DNA of 64,000 nucleotides from a bacterium (GCA_037200905.1 JBBCGN010000001.1:116795-180794); one strand, 5' to 3'. Positions 37,516 through 46,667 are shown, counted from the first letter of the stretch. The notes: generated from the letters alone by a model not told the origin. Made by a program: numbers and translations.

Positions 37516-38439
37516 CTATTTCTGATGCGTGTCGCAGAAATGCGCGCCGCGGCCCATGAAAGGAATGCGGACGATTGTGCCCTTGCAGCCCTTTTTTCGG
37601 CAGGGCTGTCCAGTGCGACGATAGGCTTCGTGCTTGCCTTGGAACGTGCCGCGCTCGCCGTTGATATCCCTGTAGTCGCTCGTCGAATCGCCGCCGAAGT
37701 CGATGCCTTTCTTGAGGACGCTTTTCATAGCTTCGTAAAGCTTGTTCATTCCGCCACAGTAATGTCGCGTACTTTCCGCAGGGATGGATGCCGGCGAGCC
37801 AGAGCATCTCGTCTGAGTAGATGTTGCCGATGCCGAAATGATGGTCTGGTCGAGCAGGACTTGCTTGATGGGAGCGTTCGGGCGCTTGGCGAGCTGCTGG
37901 AAGAACTTCGTCGAGGTGAAGCTCTCGTCAAGCGGCTCGGGGCCGAGATATTTGAAGCGCGGGTCTTCGGCGATGTCCGCCGTTTTCAGGTAGCTCACGG
38001 TGGCGAACTTGCGCATGTCGGAAAAAACCAGGTGCTTGCCGTTCGACAGGATGAAGACGGTATGTAGGAAGCGGTTGAACGGATCGCGCAGGGCATCGTT
38101 CTTCTCTTTCTTGGCGGGAATCCATTGCTTCGTCGCTTCATCGTATTCGTATGTGCCGTACATCATGTGTCCGGTCATCTTCATATGGATGAGGATGGTA
38201 GTGCCGCGGGAGAGATGAATGAGGATATTCTTGGCCTTGCGCTCTACTTCTATGATTTTCCGGCCGAGGACGGCGTCCTTGAACTCCGCGAAGAAGGCCG
38301 CGCTCTTGGTGGTCGTGGCATGATGGGCGAGCGAGGGCTTGGCTACGGCGATGTCCGTCCAGACATCGGTGATGAGCTCTCTGACCACTGTCTTATTGAG
38401 TCCGTCGACGGTCGTTTGTACCTCGGGAAGTTCAGGCAT
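37516..38439 (-). CDS. mutM: Formamidopyrimidine-DNA glycosylase (Fpg/MutM)
   Basis: MPELPEVQTTVDGL N-terminus (catalytic P2/E3), an H2TH region and a C-terminal zinc finger (CRKKGCKGTI...HFCDTHQ). Confidence 0.9.
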   Translation of the reverse strand: MPELPEVQTTVDGLNKTVVRELITDVWTDIAVAKPSLAHHATTTKSAAFFAEFKDAVLGRKIIEVERKAKNILIHLSRGTTILIHMKMTGHMMYGTYEYDEATKQWIPAKKEKNDALRDPFNRFLHTVFILSNGKHLVFSDMRKFATVSYLKTADIAEDPRFKYLGPEPLDESFTSTKFFQQLAKRPNAPIKQVLLDQTIISASATSTQTRCSGSPASIPAESTRHYCGGMNKLYEAMKSVLKKGIDFGGDSTSDYRDINGERGTFQGKHEAYRRTGQPCRKKGCKGTIVRIPFMGRGAHFCDTHQK

Positions 38440-38453
38440 GGTATCATCATACT

Positions 38454-39275
38454 ATGATGCGGCGCGTTGTAAACATTTTCATATTTCTCTTCTTTTTTCT
38501 CGCGGCGGGGGAGGCGCACGCCGCGCCGGTGAAGATCCTGATCGTGCCCGGGCACGACAATCAGGTCTGGGGCGCGCAATACAAGAATATCAAGGAGGCC
38601 GACATGAATCTCGCCCTGGCGACCGAGCTGTATGACGAGCTGAAAGCCGATCCGCGCTTCGAGCCGTACATCACGCGCAACGACTACGGCTATCTCACGG
38701 ACTTCACGAATTACTTCAACACCGAGCGCGACGGCATCGCGGCTTTCCGCGACTCGGCGAAAGCCGCTCATCGCGAGCACATCGCGGACGGCAGCATCGA
38801 GGAGAACGAGGGCGTGCCGCACAACTCCGTGGCGGAAGAGACGTCCATCGTATTGTACGGCATCAACAGGTGGGCGGATCACAACCACATGGATGCGGTC
38901 ATCCATGTCCACTTCAACGATTATCCGAGGAAGCGTCCGTGGATTGCTGGCAAATACCAGGGTTTCGCCATCTATGCTCCGGAGAGCCAGATGGCGCACT
39001 CGAAAGAAAGCACGGCACTCGCGACCGATGTGTGGGCCGAGCTCAAGAAAAATTATGCTACCAGCACCTATCCGCCGGAAAAAGGAGGGCTCGTGCCCGA
39101 CCAGTCGCTCATCGCTCTCGGGGCGAGCGGCACGCTCTTGCCATCAGTGCGCTCGATTCTCGTCGAGTATGGCTATATCTATCGATTCAGCAACAGCGCA
39201 ATGCGCCATAAGGCCTACACAGACATGGCACACCTGACCGCCAACGGCATCAAGGATTATTTCTTCGCTCACTAG
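38454..39275 (+). CDS. N-acetylmuramoyl-L-alanine amidase (Amidase_3-like), secreted
   Basis: Signal peptide, then KILIVPGHDNQVWGA, EADMNLALATEL and AVIHVHFNDYP, which are Zn-amidase motifs. Confidence 0.75.
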   Translation: MMRRVVNIFIFLFFFLAAGEAHAAPVKILIVPGHDNQVWGAQYKNIKEADMNLALATELYDELKADPRFEPYITRNDYGYLTDFTNYFNTERDGIAAFRDSAKAAHREHIADGSIEENEGVPHNSVAEETSIVLYGINRWADHNHMDAVIHVHFNDYPRKRPWIAGKYQGFAIYAPESQMAHSKESTALATDVWAELKKNYATSTYPPEKGGLVPDQSLIALGASGTLLPSVRSILVEYGYIYRFSNSAMRHKAYTDMAHLTANGIKDYFFAH

Positions 39276-39845
39276 CTACTTTCCTCCGAGGATCTTGAGA
39301 GCTTCACGCACTTTAGCGTTGGTGGCCAGTCCTGCTGGCACCTTTTTGAGGGCGTCGCGAGCTTCGTTCTGCGAATAGCCGAGAGACTTGAGGGCTTCGA
39401 GGGCGTCGAGCTCTCCCTGGAGGGAAGCGCCGCCGGATTCCTCCTTGCCGACTTTGTCGCGGAGCTCGATGACGATCTTTTCCGCCGTCTTCCTGCCGAT
39501 GCCGGAGATCTTCGTCAGGTATGCCGTGTCGCCGGAAGCGATAGCCTGCTGCAAGGTATCGATAGTGGCAACGCCGAGTATCACTAATCCTGATTTCGGG
39601 CCGATGCCGGAGACGCCGATGAGCATCTCGAAGAATTGCAGTTCCTCGTATTCGAAGAATCCATAGAGGTCGAATGAATCTTCTCGCACATGCGTGTGTA
39701 TCCAGAGCAGGATGCTGTCGCCGGCTTTTTGTGCCTTCACGAGCGTCTCGGGGGAGACGCTGACCTTGTATCCGACGCCGCCGGCTTCGACGATGAGGAA
39801 CTTGTCTGTTTTAAGGGTTATTTTACCGTTTATGCTGCCGATCAT
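39276..39845 (-). CDS. ruvA: Holliday junction DNA helicase subunit RuvA
   Basis: MIGSINGKITLKTDKFLIVEAGGVGYKV, HhH motifs (GVSGIGPKSGLVIL and ISGIGRKTAEKIVIEL) and the C-terminal domain III. Confidence 0.9.
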   Translation of the reverse strand: MIGSINGKITLKTDKFLIVEAGGVGYKVSVSPETLVKAQKAGDSILLWIHTHVREDSFDLYGFFEYEELQFFEMLIGVSGIGPKSGLVILGVATIDTLQQAIASGDTAYLTKISGIGRKTAEKIVIELRDKVGKEESGGASLQGELDALEALKSLGYSQNEARDALKKVPAGLATNAKVREALKILGGK

Positions 39846-39960
39846 GCTTAAATGGTAGCAAATACAGGACTTTTTACCCTATTGACTTTTTGTTCAAAAA
39901 GGTATATAATATAAAAGATACAGTCCTTTAACATAATTTTAAACTTAAAAATCTAAACTG

Positions 39961-40263
39961 ATGAAAAGTAAAATTCTTTCAACGACTGCTGACGTCATGT
40001 CAGCGCTATTCTTGTGTTTTGTATTGTTCCTCTTAATCATGTATCCTCTTGCCAGGACATGGAGAACAAATATTATTGCAATAATATTCTCGGCGTCGGT
40101 TATCGGGATTTCTGGCCTACTGAAAATTCTCGCTGGCAGGAGAATATCAATCTGGCAAGTGTTTGCTGCCGTTGTGTTCTGTCTGTGCGTGGTTAGTTCG
40201 ATAGAAGCATATGATTCAGATCATTCTACCTATTTCCATAACCCAAAACCCTTCCCCGCATGA
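39961..40263 (+). CDS. Small three-TM membrane protein (AT-rich islet)
   Basis: 100-aa ORF with three hydrophobic helices. No homology recognised. Confidence 0.4.
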   Translation: MKSKILSTTADVMSALFLCFVLFLLIMYPLARTWRTNIIAIIFSASVIGISGLLKILAGRRISIWQVFAAVVFCLCVVSSIEAYDSDHSTYFHNPKPFPA

Positions 40264-40406
40264 AGACACAGTTCTCGGATTTCTTTGATCTTCGGTTATC
40301 AGAAGATATTCGAATGAAATACCGGATTGAAAGAAGAAAAAGGCTCATCGTATGGTTTAGAAAACAGTGGCAATTCCTTACCGGAATTCAGAAGATCAGG
40401 AAATAG
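40260..40406 (+). CDS. Candidate 48-aa basic protein, translationally coupled (ATGA overlap) to 39961..40263
   Basis: Manual translation gives MKTQFSDFFDLRLSEDIRMKYRIERRKRLIVWFRKQWQFLTGIQKIRK. It is followed 14 nt later by a strong terminator. Confidence 0.35.
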   Translation: MKTQFSDFFDLRLSEDIRMKYRIERRKRLIVWFRKQWQFLTGIQKIRK

Positions 40407-40419
40407 CCTTTTATCATCA

Positions 40420-40446
40420 CCCCGCATCTATCATGCGGGGTTTTTT
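40420..40446 (+). terminator. Intrinsic terminator
   Basis: ccccgcat-ctatc-atgcgggg stem followed by T6. Confidence 0.8.
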
Positions 40447-40464
40447 CTTGCCCGTCCGGCCGGT

Positions 40465-40493
40465 TTGCAAAAGCTCGGTATTTCTGTTACAGT
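40465..40493 (+). promoter_or_regulatory. rpsT promoter (TTGCAA-17-TACAGT), giving a leaderless transcript
   Basis: The -10 ends 6 nt before the ATG at 40500. Confidence 0.5.
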
Positions 40494-40499
40494 ATAGCC

Positions 40500-40760
40500 A
40501 TGCCAATCACACAATCAGCCAAAAAAGCTATCCGGGGCTCTCTCCGCAAGAAGGGCTACAATGACCGCCAGAAGCGAGCCATGAAGGAAGTCATCAAGAA
40601 GATCGAGAAGTCGGTCAAAGAAAATAAGGGAGACAAGAAAGAGGCGCAGAAGATGCTTCCGGCTGCGTTCTCCACTATCGACAAGGCCGCGAAGCGCGGC
40701 GTCATCAAGAAGAACAACGCTTCCCGCAAGAAGTCCCGCCTGGCGAAGATCACGGCGTAA
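40500..40760 (+). CDS. rpsT: Ribosomal protein S20
   Basis: MPITQSAKKAIRGSLRKKGYNDRQK...AAKRGVIKKNNASRKKSRL is the typical S20 sequence. Confidence 0.9.
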   Translation: MPITQSAKKAIRGSLRKKGYNDRQKRAMKEVIKKIEKSVKENKGDKKEAQKMLPAAFSTIDKAAKRGVIKKNNASRKKSRLAKITA

Positions 40761-40763
40761 AGC

Positions 40764-41027
40764 ATGAGCCACCTCCTCGAATTCTACGGAACAGAATGCC
40801 CTCACTGCGTGAGGATGCATGATCTTGTCGTGCGCCTGGAAAAGGAAGAGGATGTGAAGGTGGATACGTTCGAGGTCTGGCACGATGAGGCGAATGCCAA
40901 GAAGCTCGAGGAGATCGACCAGGAATTCTGCGGCGGCGTGCCTTTTTTCTACAATACCAAGACCAAGAAATGGATCTGCGGGGAAGCGGAGTACGCGGAG
41001 CTCAAGGAATGGGCCCTCGGCAGGTAA
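40764..41027 (+). CDS. Small thioredoxin-fold (glutaredoxin-like) protein
   Basis: 87 aa with a CPHC active-site motif (FYGTECPHCVRM) and a thioredoxin-like beta-alpha pattern. Confidence 0.7.
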   Translation: MSHLLEFYGTECPHCVRMHDLVVRLEKEEDVKVDTFEVWHDEANAKKLEEIDQEFCGGVPFFYNTKTKKWICGEAEYAELKEWALGR

Positions 41028-41055
41028 TCTCGAACGTTGGAAGGGTAAGAACTAT

Positions 41056-42525
41056 ATGGATACTATTGTACGATTTGATAAAGTCTCTTTCGATTTCGGC
41101 ATCAACAAGCCTATTCTGGAGGAGGTCAGCTTTTCTATCCGCCGCGGCGCCAAGCTCACCCTCATGGGACAGAACGGCGCGGGCAAGAGCACCATCTTCG
41201 GCCTGATCTGCGGAACCAATGCTCCCGAGTCCGGCGTCATCAATGCAGTGAAGGGCGTCACTATCGCCCTCGGCAGGCAGGTCATACCCCGCAGCGAGCT
41301 CGAGCTCACGGTCCGGGAATTCTTCGAGAAATGCTTCAAGGAAAAGATGTACGACATCGATCCCCGCATCGACAAGATACTCGAAGTGGTGAATCTCAAG
41401 AACCACGAAAAGATACATGACAAGCCCATCAAGAGCTTTTCCGGCGGACAGCAGGCACGACTGCTTCTTGCCTCAGCATTGATCCAGAACCCCGACTTAT
41501 TGCTCCTCGACGAGCCGACGAATAATCTCGACAAAGCCGGCATCGCACACCTGACAGACTTTCTCATAAATTATAAAAAGACCGTGGTGGTCATTTCCCA
41601 CGACGCGGAATTCCTGAACGCTTTCACCGAAGGCGTGCTGTATCTCGACGTGTACACGCGCAAGATTGAGCAGTATGTCGGCAACTACTTCGACGTGACG
41701 AAGCAGATCACGGCTCGCGTAGAAAAAGAGAATATGAAAAATGCCCAGCTCGAGAAGACAATACAAGCCAAGAAGGACCAGGCCAATGTCTTCGCGCACA
41801 AAGGCGGACGCCTGCGTCTCGTTGCGCGCCGCATGCGCGAGATGGCGGAAGACCTGGAAGAGGATATCGTCGATGTGCGAAAGGAAGACAAGACTATCAA
41901 AGGATTTACTATTCCGGCCCAGCCGGACTTAGTGGGGGAGATCATAAATATTTCTTCTTTCACGACGCTGTCGCCGAAGACGCATAAGGTAGTAGAGCGC
42001 AAAGCCGCTCTCTCGCTCAACAAGAACAAGCACTTGCTGCTCAAGGGTCCGAACGGCATCGGAAAGACCACGCTGCTCGAATCGCTGGCTACCGGCCGCG
42101 CCGCCGGCACGAAGATGAAAGAAGGCGTGCGCATCGGCTATTATCGCCAGGATTTCTCGACGCTCAATTTCGACGACAGCGTCTATCAGTCGCTCTCGAG
42201 CGCCATGCTTGCCGGCGGAGAACGTCTCGACGAAGAGCGTATGCGCGCTATCGCCGCGGGATTCCTCATAACCGGAGAAATGATACATACCAAGATCGGC
42301 AGTTTGTCTGAAGGCCAGAAGGGCCTCGTAGCCTTTGCCCGCCTCGTGCTCGAGAAGCCGGGCATCCTGATACTCGACGAGCCGACCAACCACATAAACT
42401 TCCGCCATCTGCCCGTCATCGCCAAAGCCCTCGATGCGTATATGGGTACGATGATACTCGTCTCACACGTACCGGAATTCGTCTCGCAGATCAGGATTGA
42501 TGAAGTACTTGATCTAGAAAAGTAG
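41056..42525 (+). CDS. ABC-F family ATPase (two ABC domains, no TM domain)
   Basis: GQNGAGKSTIF / LSGGQQARL / LLLLDEPTN, and GPNGIGKTTLL / LSEGQKGLV / ILILDEPTN. The start is taken at MDTIVRFDKVSF; the track's upstream extension overlaps the previous gene. Confidence 0.85.
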   Translation: MDTIVRFDKVSFDFGINKPILEEVSFSIRRGAKLTLMGQNGAGKSTIFGLICGTNAPESGVINAVKGVTIALGRQVIPRSELELTVREFFEKCFKEKMYDIDPRIDKILEVVNLKNHEKIHDKPIKSFSGGQQARLLLASALIQNPDLLLLDEPTNNLDKAGIAHLTDFLINYKKTVVVISHDAEFLNAFTEGVLYLDVYTRKIEQYVGNYFDVTKQITARVEKENMKNAQLEKTIQAKKDQANVFAHKGGRLRLVARRMREMAEDLEEDIVDVRKEDKTIKGFTIPAQPDLVGEIINISSFTTLSPKTHKVVERKAALSLNKNKHLLLKGPNGIGKTTLLESLATGRAAGTKMKEGVRIGYYRQDFSTLNFDDSVYQSLSSAMLAGGERLDEERMRAIAAGFLITGEMIHTKIGSLSEGQKGLVAFARLVLEKPGILILDEPTNHINFRHLPVIAKALDAYMGTMILVSHVPEFVSQIRIDEVLDLEK

Positions 42526-43222
42526 AAAGCTCCGCGCCTTTGATCTCTCGCGAGCCGTTCGGAGCCAGCTTGCCGAGCTCGATGTTCATGATGCGGATGC
42601 GCTTCAAGTCTGCCACTTCCTGGAAGAGGGCCGAGCACATGCGGCGGATCTGATGCTTCTTGCCTTCGGTGAGTATGATGCTGAATGTGAAGTCATTGAT
42701 GATGGTGACTTTGCATTTTTGCGTCTTGTAACCCTCGATATTCACCCCGGCTTCCATCTTCTGCTTGAAGCTCGAGCGTAATTTTTCTTTGGTGCGCACG
42801 ACGTATTCCTTGTCGTGTATGTATTTCGGATTGAGCAGTCGGTCGGTGATGCGGCCGTCATTGGTGAGGATGATCAGGCCATGGGAATCCTTGTCGAGAC
42901 GGCCGAGAGGAAAGACATCTTTCGGAATTTTCGATTTCTTGATGTTGCTCTTGATATCTTTTTCTCCTTCGCCCGGAGAATGAGTGATGGTGCCGATGGG
43001 CTTGTTGTAGGCGAAATACACGTAATTCTTTTTCTCGATGCCGCCCTTTTTGCCGTGCTTTACTTCTACCTTGTCGGTTTCTTTCACTTTGCTGCCGAGT
43101 TCCGCCAGCTTGCCGTTGATGAAGACCTGCTTGTTCTTTATCAGCGCGTCGGCGCCGCGCCTGGTCGTGATGGCCTTGTAAGCGAGGTATTTGTTTATGC
43201 GCATAGGGAAAGAGTCTTCCAT
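42491..43222 (-). CDS. RsuA/RluB-family pseudouridine synthase with an N-terminal S4 domain
   Basis: The S4 region is RINKYLAYKAITTRRGADALIKNKQVFINGK and the catalytic motif is PLGRLDKDSHGLIILTNDG. The 3' end overlaps the convergent ABC-F gene by 35 nt. Confidence 0.8.
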   Translation of the reverse strand: MEDSFPMRINKYLAYKAITTRRGADALIKNKQVFINGKLAELGSKVKETDKVEVKHGKKGGIEKKNYVYFAYNKPIGTITHSPGEGEKDIKSNIKKSKIPKDVFPLGRLDKDSHGLIILTNDGRITDRLLNPKYIHDKEYVVRTKEKLRSSFKQKMEAGVNIEGYKTQKCKVTIINDFTFSIILTEGKKHQIRRMCSALFQEVADLKRIRIMNIELGKLAPNGSREIKGAELSTFLDQVLHQS

Positions 43223-43245
43223 GACAGAGAGTGTAGCATTAATTC

Positions 43246-43272
43246 AAAAACCCCGCTCATAGCGGGGTTTTT
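43246..43272. terminator. Bidirectional-type terminator hairpin
   Basis: A5-ccccgct-cat-agcgggg-T5, downstream of the minus-strand gene ending at 43303. Confidence 0.75.
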
Positions 43273-43302
43273 GAATCTGAAAATATGCGATAACCGTAGC
43301 AT

Positions 43303-43983
43303 TTATTTCTGGGAGTCCATCCTCTCTTTTATTTTTTTAACCGTATCAGCGAAGTCTTCCTGCGCCTTTTTCCCTACTTCGCTCCTGCCAATTATGGAAC
43401 CATTTTCATCTACGCCATAGGCCTCACTCGATTCTCCTTCATCCACATCAACGGTCGCGGCAATAATTACTCCACTTTCGCGATCAGCATCAAACTCGAC
43501 CACGGTTACGCCAGTTAAGTTGCTATTGGCAAGAAATTCAAGATAATGAATGGTCTTATCGTCGAATCTTATTTGATTACCCATTGTATATTCAACGCCG
43601 CCATAGTTCATTTTATTACTCTCTCCCAACGATATGTAATCATGCGCATGATAGCTGTCCACTGTATCTATTTCGATATCACCTTCGTGGTTTTCAAAGC
43701 GAATTTCCGTTTTTCCGCTAGCCTTGGCTTGCTGTATGATCGCTGTCAAGGCAGAAATGTCTGCCGTTGAAATAGCAGGCGCACCCTTCTCTTTGAGATT
43801 TTTCAAGATCTCACCGCTTGGCATATGGTCTTTGTTTCCGCACGACGCTAAAAATACGGCAAAAGCTATTGGAACGCCAGAAAGACGGAGGACTTTCCCG
43901 GCTCTCTCTTTCCAGCTCGGCCTCTCTTTGTTTATCGGATCCTCCTTCTTTTCAGAACTATTCAAACTGCCTTCTATTCCCAT
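43303..43983 (-). CDS. Probable lipoprotein, function unknown
   Basis: Lipobox in AFAVFLASCGNKD. The start is taken at MGIEGS (43983) because the upstream part of the track ORF is occupied by a strong RNA/DNA structure. GC content is lower than its neighbours. Confidence 0.5.
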   Translation of the reverse strand: MGIEGSLNSSEKKEDPINKERPSWKERAGKVLRLSGVPIAFAVFLASCGNKDHMPSGEILKNLKEKGAPAISTADISALTAIIQQAKASGKTEIRFENHEGDIEIDTVDSYHAHDYISLGESNKMNYGGVEYTMGNQIRFDDKTIHYLEFLANSNLTGVTVVEFDADRESGVIIAATVDVDEGESSEAYGVDENGSIIGRSEVGKKAQEDFADTVKKIKERMDSQK

Positions 43984-44042
43984 AAAAATTATATTTTTAA
44001 TATTGATGCGCACTGGCCGCGCACCTTCTTCTTCAAGCCGAA

Positions 44043-44117
44043 GCCTGATGCTTTTCTGAACGGTCTGGCCGGGGTTGAGGCCCCGGAGATCCGAGGATCT
44101 GAAGAAAAGCATCAGGC
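44043..44117 (-). other. 75-nt three-way-junction-like element (15-bp closing stem plus two internal hairpins)
   Basis: gcctgatgcttttct (44043-44057) is the exact complement of agaaaagcatcaggc (44103-44117). Internal hairpins are ccgggg-ttgagg-ccccgg and agatc-cgag-gatct. It lies between hpf and the lipoprotein gene. Confidence 0.5.
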
Positions 44118-44220
44118 GAGGCGCTACATAATAACGAAAGCAAAATTAGAAGACGGAAAATTCGTCATCAAAAAAGTCATCCCTGAGGGCGGCAAGGAGA
44201 TTGAATATACATATTAGCTG

Positions 44221-44604
44221 TTATTTCTTCCAGTTCCTGATGCCTTTCAGGGCATCTTTTATCTTGCGCGCGCCGCGATGGAACAACGCCAGGCGCTTGC
44301 CCTTGTCGCGGCTCATCTCCGCGAACAGGCTCGCCTTGACCTCGTCGATGGCCTGATACAGGTCTTCCTTGTCGGCGCTGGCATAAAATTCTTTTCCGTC
44401 TATCTTTATCAGGCAGTCGGCATGGAAGACTTCGCCCGCCTTGTGGTGATTCGTGCTCTTCGATACTTCGAAATTGACCATCACGGCCTCTCCGCGGGCC
44501 TCGATCTTCGACAGCATCTTGTCGAGGTTGGTCACGCGCTTCTGCACGTAGTCCTCGATCGCCTCGGTCAGTTCCAGATTCTTGCCGTATAAATTTATTT
44601 TCAT
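44221..44604 (-). CDS. hpf: Ribosome hibernation factor (RaiA/HPF family, short form with a basic tail)
   Basis: MKINLYGKNLELTEAIEDYVQKRV...EDLYQAIDEV is the HPF signature. The start is taken at the internal ATG at 44604, 6 nt downstream of a TATAAT. Confidence 0.85.
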   Translation of the reverse strand: MKINLYGKNLELTEAIEDYVQKRVTNLDKMLSKIEARGEAVMVNFEVSKSTNHHKAGEVFHADCLIKIDGKEFYASADKEDLYQAIDEVKASLFAEMSRDKGKRLALFHRGARKIKDALKGIRNWKK

Positions 44605-44610
44605 ATTCTC

Positions 44611-44639
44611 ATTATACCCATAACGACCGGAGAAGCAAA
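44611..44639 (-). promoter_or_regulatory. hpf promoter (TTTGCT-17-TATAAT), giving a leaderless transcript
   Basis: On the minus strand, tataat lies at 44616-44611 and the -35-like tttgct at 44639-44634. Confidence 0.45.
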
Positions 44640-44641
44640 AC

Positions 44642-44716
44642 AAGCCCGAAAATGCCTTGCGCAGGAGCTTAGAAAATAAAGTTTGAGCTCAAAATTATGT
44701 GTGCATTTTCGGGCTT
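44642..44716 (-). terminator. Long hairpin (14-bp perfect arms, 47-nt loop) after the GH130 operon
   Basis: aagcccgaaaatgc (44642-44655) is the exact complement of gcattttcgggctt (44703-44716). On the minus strand it is followed by gttttgcttc. Confidence 0.45.
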
Positions 44717-44733
44717 ATTTTGCTTGGCAGCCT

Positions 44734-46667
44734 CTATTCAAGCCTCATGCCGTGTACGAGCGCATTCACCAGAACCTCTGTTTTCATGGTCGCCACGCCC
44801 ACCACCGTGTCCGCGCCGCCGTAGTAGATATACAAGACCCCTTCTTTTTCCACGACGCCGCACGGGAAAACCACATTCGGTATGAAGCCTTCCTTCTCAT
44901 ATTTTTCTTCCGGCTCGAAGATCGGTTCAGCCCCTCGTGCGAGCACTATGGCGGGATCCTTGAGATCGAGCAGGGCGGCGCCGATGCGGTACGTGTTGTT
45001 TGATTTCGATACGCCGTGGTACAGCAGCAGCCAGCCGTATTTGGTCTTGATGGGCGGACTAGCGATGCCCACTTTGGCGCTGTCCCACATATTGGCGCGC
45101 GGCCCGATGATATGGATGCATTTCTTCACGGAATCCGTGGCGAAGTCGAGGGTCTTCAGATAATCGCCGCAGACCTCGTTCGAGACGCGGTGCATGACGA
45201 AATAGCCGTGCTTGAATTTCTCGGGAAAGAGGCAGGCATCCTTGTCATCCACGTCGTTCGGCGTGATGATGAACGGCCTGGCCCAATTCCATTTCTTGGC
45301 AGCAAAATCTTTAACTGAAATCGAAGCGATGGCCACGCGCGGCGGCCCGATAGTGTCGAAGGCCGTGTAGCACATGTAGAGATTGTCGCCGATCCTGGTC
45401 AGGCGCGGATCCTCGCAGCCGGAGAACCCTCCGTCGGATTTCTTCGCCTCGAAATCCTCGCGCGGCACGTACACCGGCTCCGTCAGCCGCTCGGCGATAG
45501 TGAAGCCGTCCTCGCTCATGGCGTAGCCGATAGTCGATGTATTGTCGTTCGAAAAAGCCCGGTAGAGGATATGGATCTTCTTGTCCACCATGATAGCGGC
45601 GGGATTGAAGGTGCCCTTGGCTTCCCATGGCATGTCTCTCGGCACGATGATAGGATTTTTCTCGTAGCGCTTGAAGCGATACTCTTTTCCGAATTCGGGA
45701 TGCATGCTCATGACGAGATCGGTGAAATTCACCCGCGCCATGCAGACAGTAGTATCTGCGGCGCCATAATAGATAGTCAGGATATCCTTCTCGAGGAGCG
45801 CGCCTGTAGGAAAGATGACGTCGGACACATACCCCGAGAGCTCGTACATCTCTTGCGGTACCAGTATCGGCCCGCGAGTCCTGCCAACAATCTTCTTCGG
45901 ATCATCGAGGTCGAGCAATACCGCTTCAACGCCGAAAATCCTGTCGAGATTCCGCGGATGCGGATAGTAGTTCTGAATATGCGAATATACCAGCAGCCAG
46001 CCGTATTTGGTCTTGATGGGCGGAGCGCCGACTTCTATCTGGTCATAGTCGGCTCTTTTGAGATTTACCACGTCGTTCTCTATATTCTCCTCCCATTTTT
46101 CCCAAAATTCCGGCGACCACAGCTCTTCTATCGCATCAACTTTGACTATCACCATGCGCGTCGGGCGGCGAATCGGTATGGGCGGAAAAGATGACTACTA
46201 TCTTGCCGTTCACGCGCTCGGGAAAGAGCGCCATGGCCTTGGCATTGAACGGCGTCACGAAATGCCGCTCGTCCACCTTCTTCATGTCTTTCGATATGGC
46301 CACCGCCACCTTGATGCCTTCGGGGCCCAGCGGATATTTCGAGAGCGCGGTATAGAAGATATAATATTTGCCTTCGAAAAAAGTCACCCGCGGGTCTTCG
46401 CAGCCGAACTGGTCCCACTCCTCCTCGGGACCGATGAATATCTGCCTGTCTTTCCAGTGTATGCCGTCTTTCGATCTGGCGATGCCGATAGTCGAGATCT
46501 GATGCGGATTCCTGATAGGATCGACGGCCGAGATGGCGCGATAGAGGCCGTATATGGTAGTGCCAACCTTGACCGGAGGACATATTGAACGTAGCAAATT
46601 CTTCCCAGTAATGGTCTTTGTTCGGCAGGAGCACCGGATTCTCTTCTGTTCGTTTTACGACGTACAT
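44734..46667 (-). CDS. Tandem double GH130-family (beta-mannoside phosphorylase/glycosidase-like) protein, with two apparent frameshifts (46163-46165 and near 46583)
   Basis: Two complete repeats of the pattern NPxxxP...FNP(A/T)...GCEDPR(V/L)T...YTA...PIKTKYGWLL(V/L)YH...YYGGADT. It starts MYVVKRTEENPVLLPNK. Confidence 0.8.

Noticed and set aside
40885-41055. The long N-terminal extension of the ABC-F ORF (track start 40885).
   Set aside because: The extension overlaps the thioredoxin-like gene in another frame and translates to Arg/Ser-rich junk. The conserved ABC-F sequence begins at MDTIVRFDKVSF (41056).
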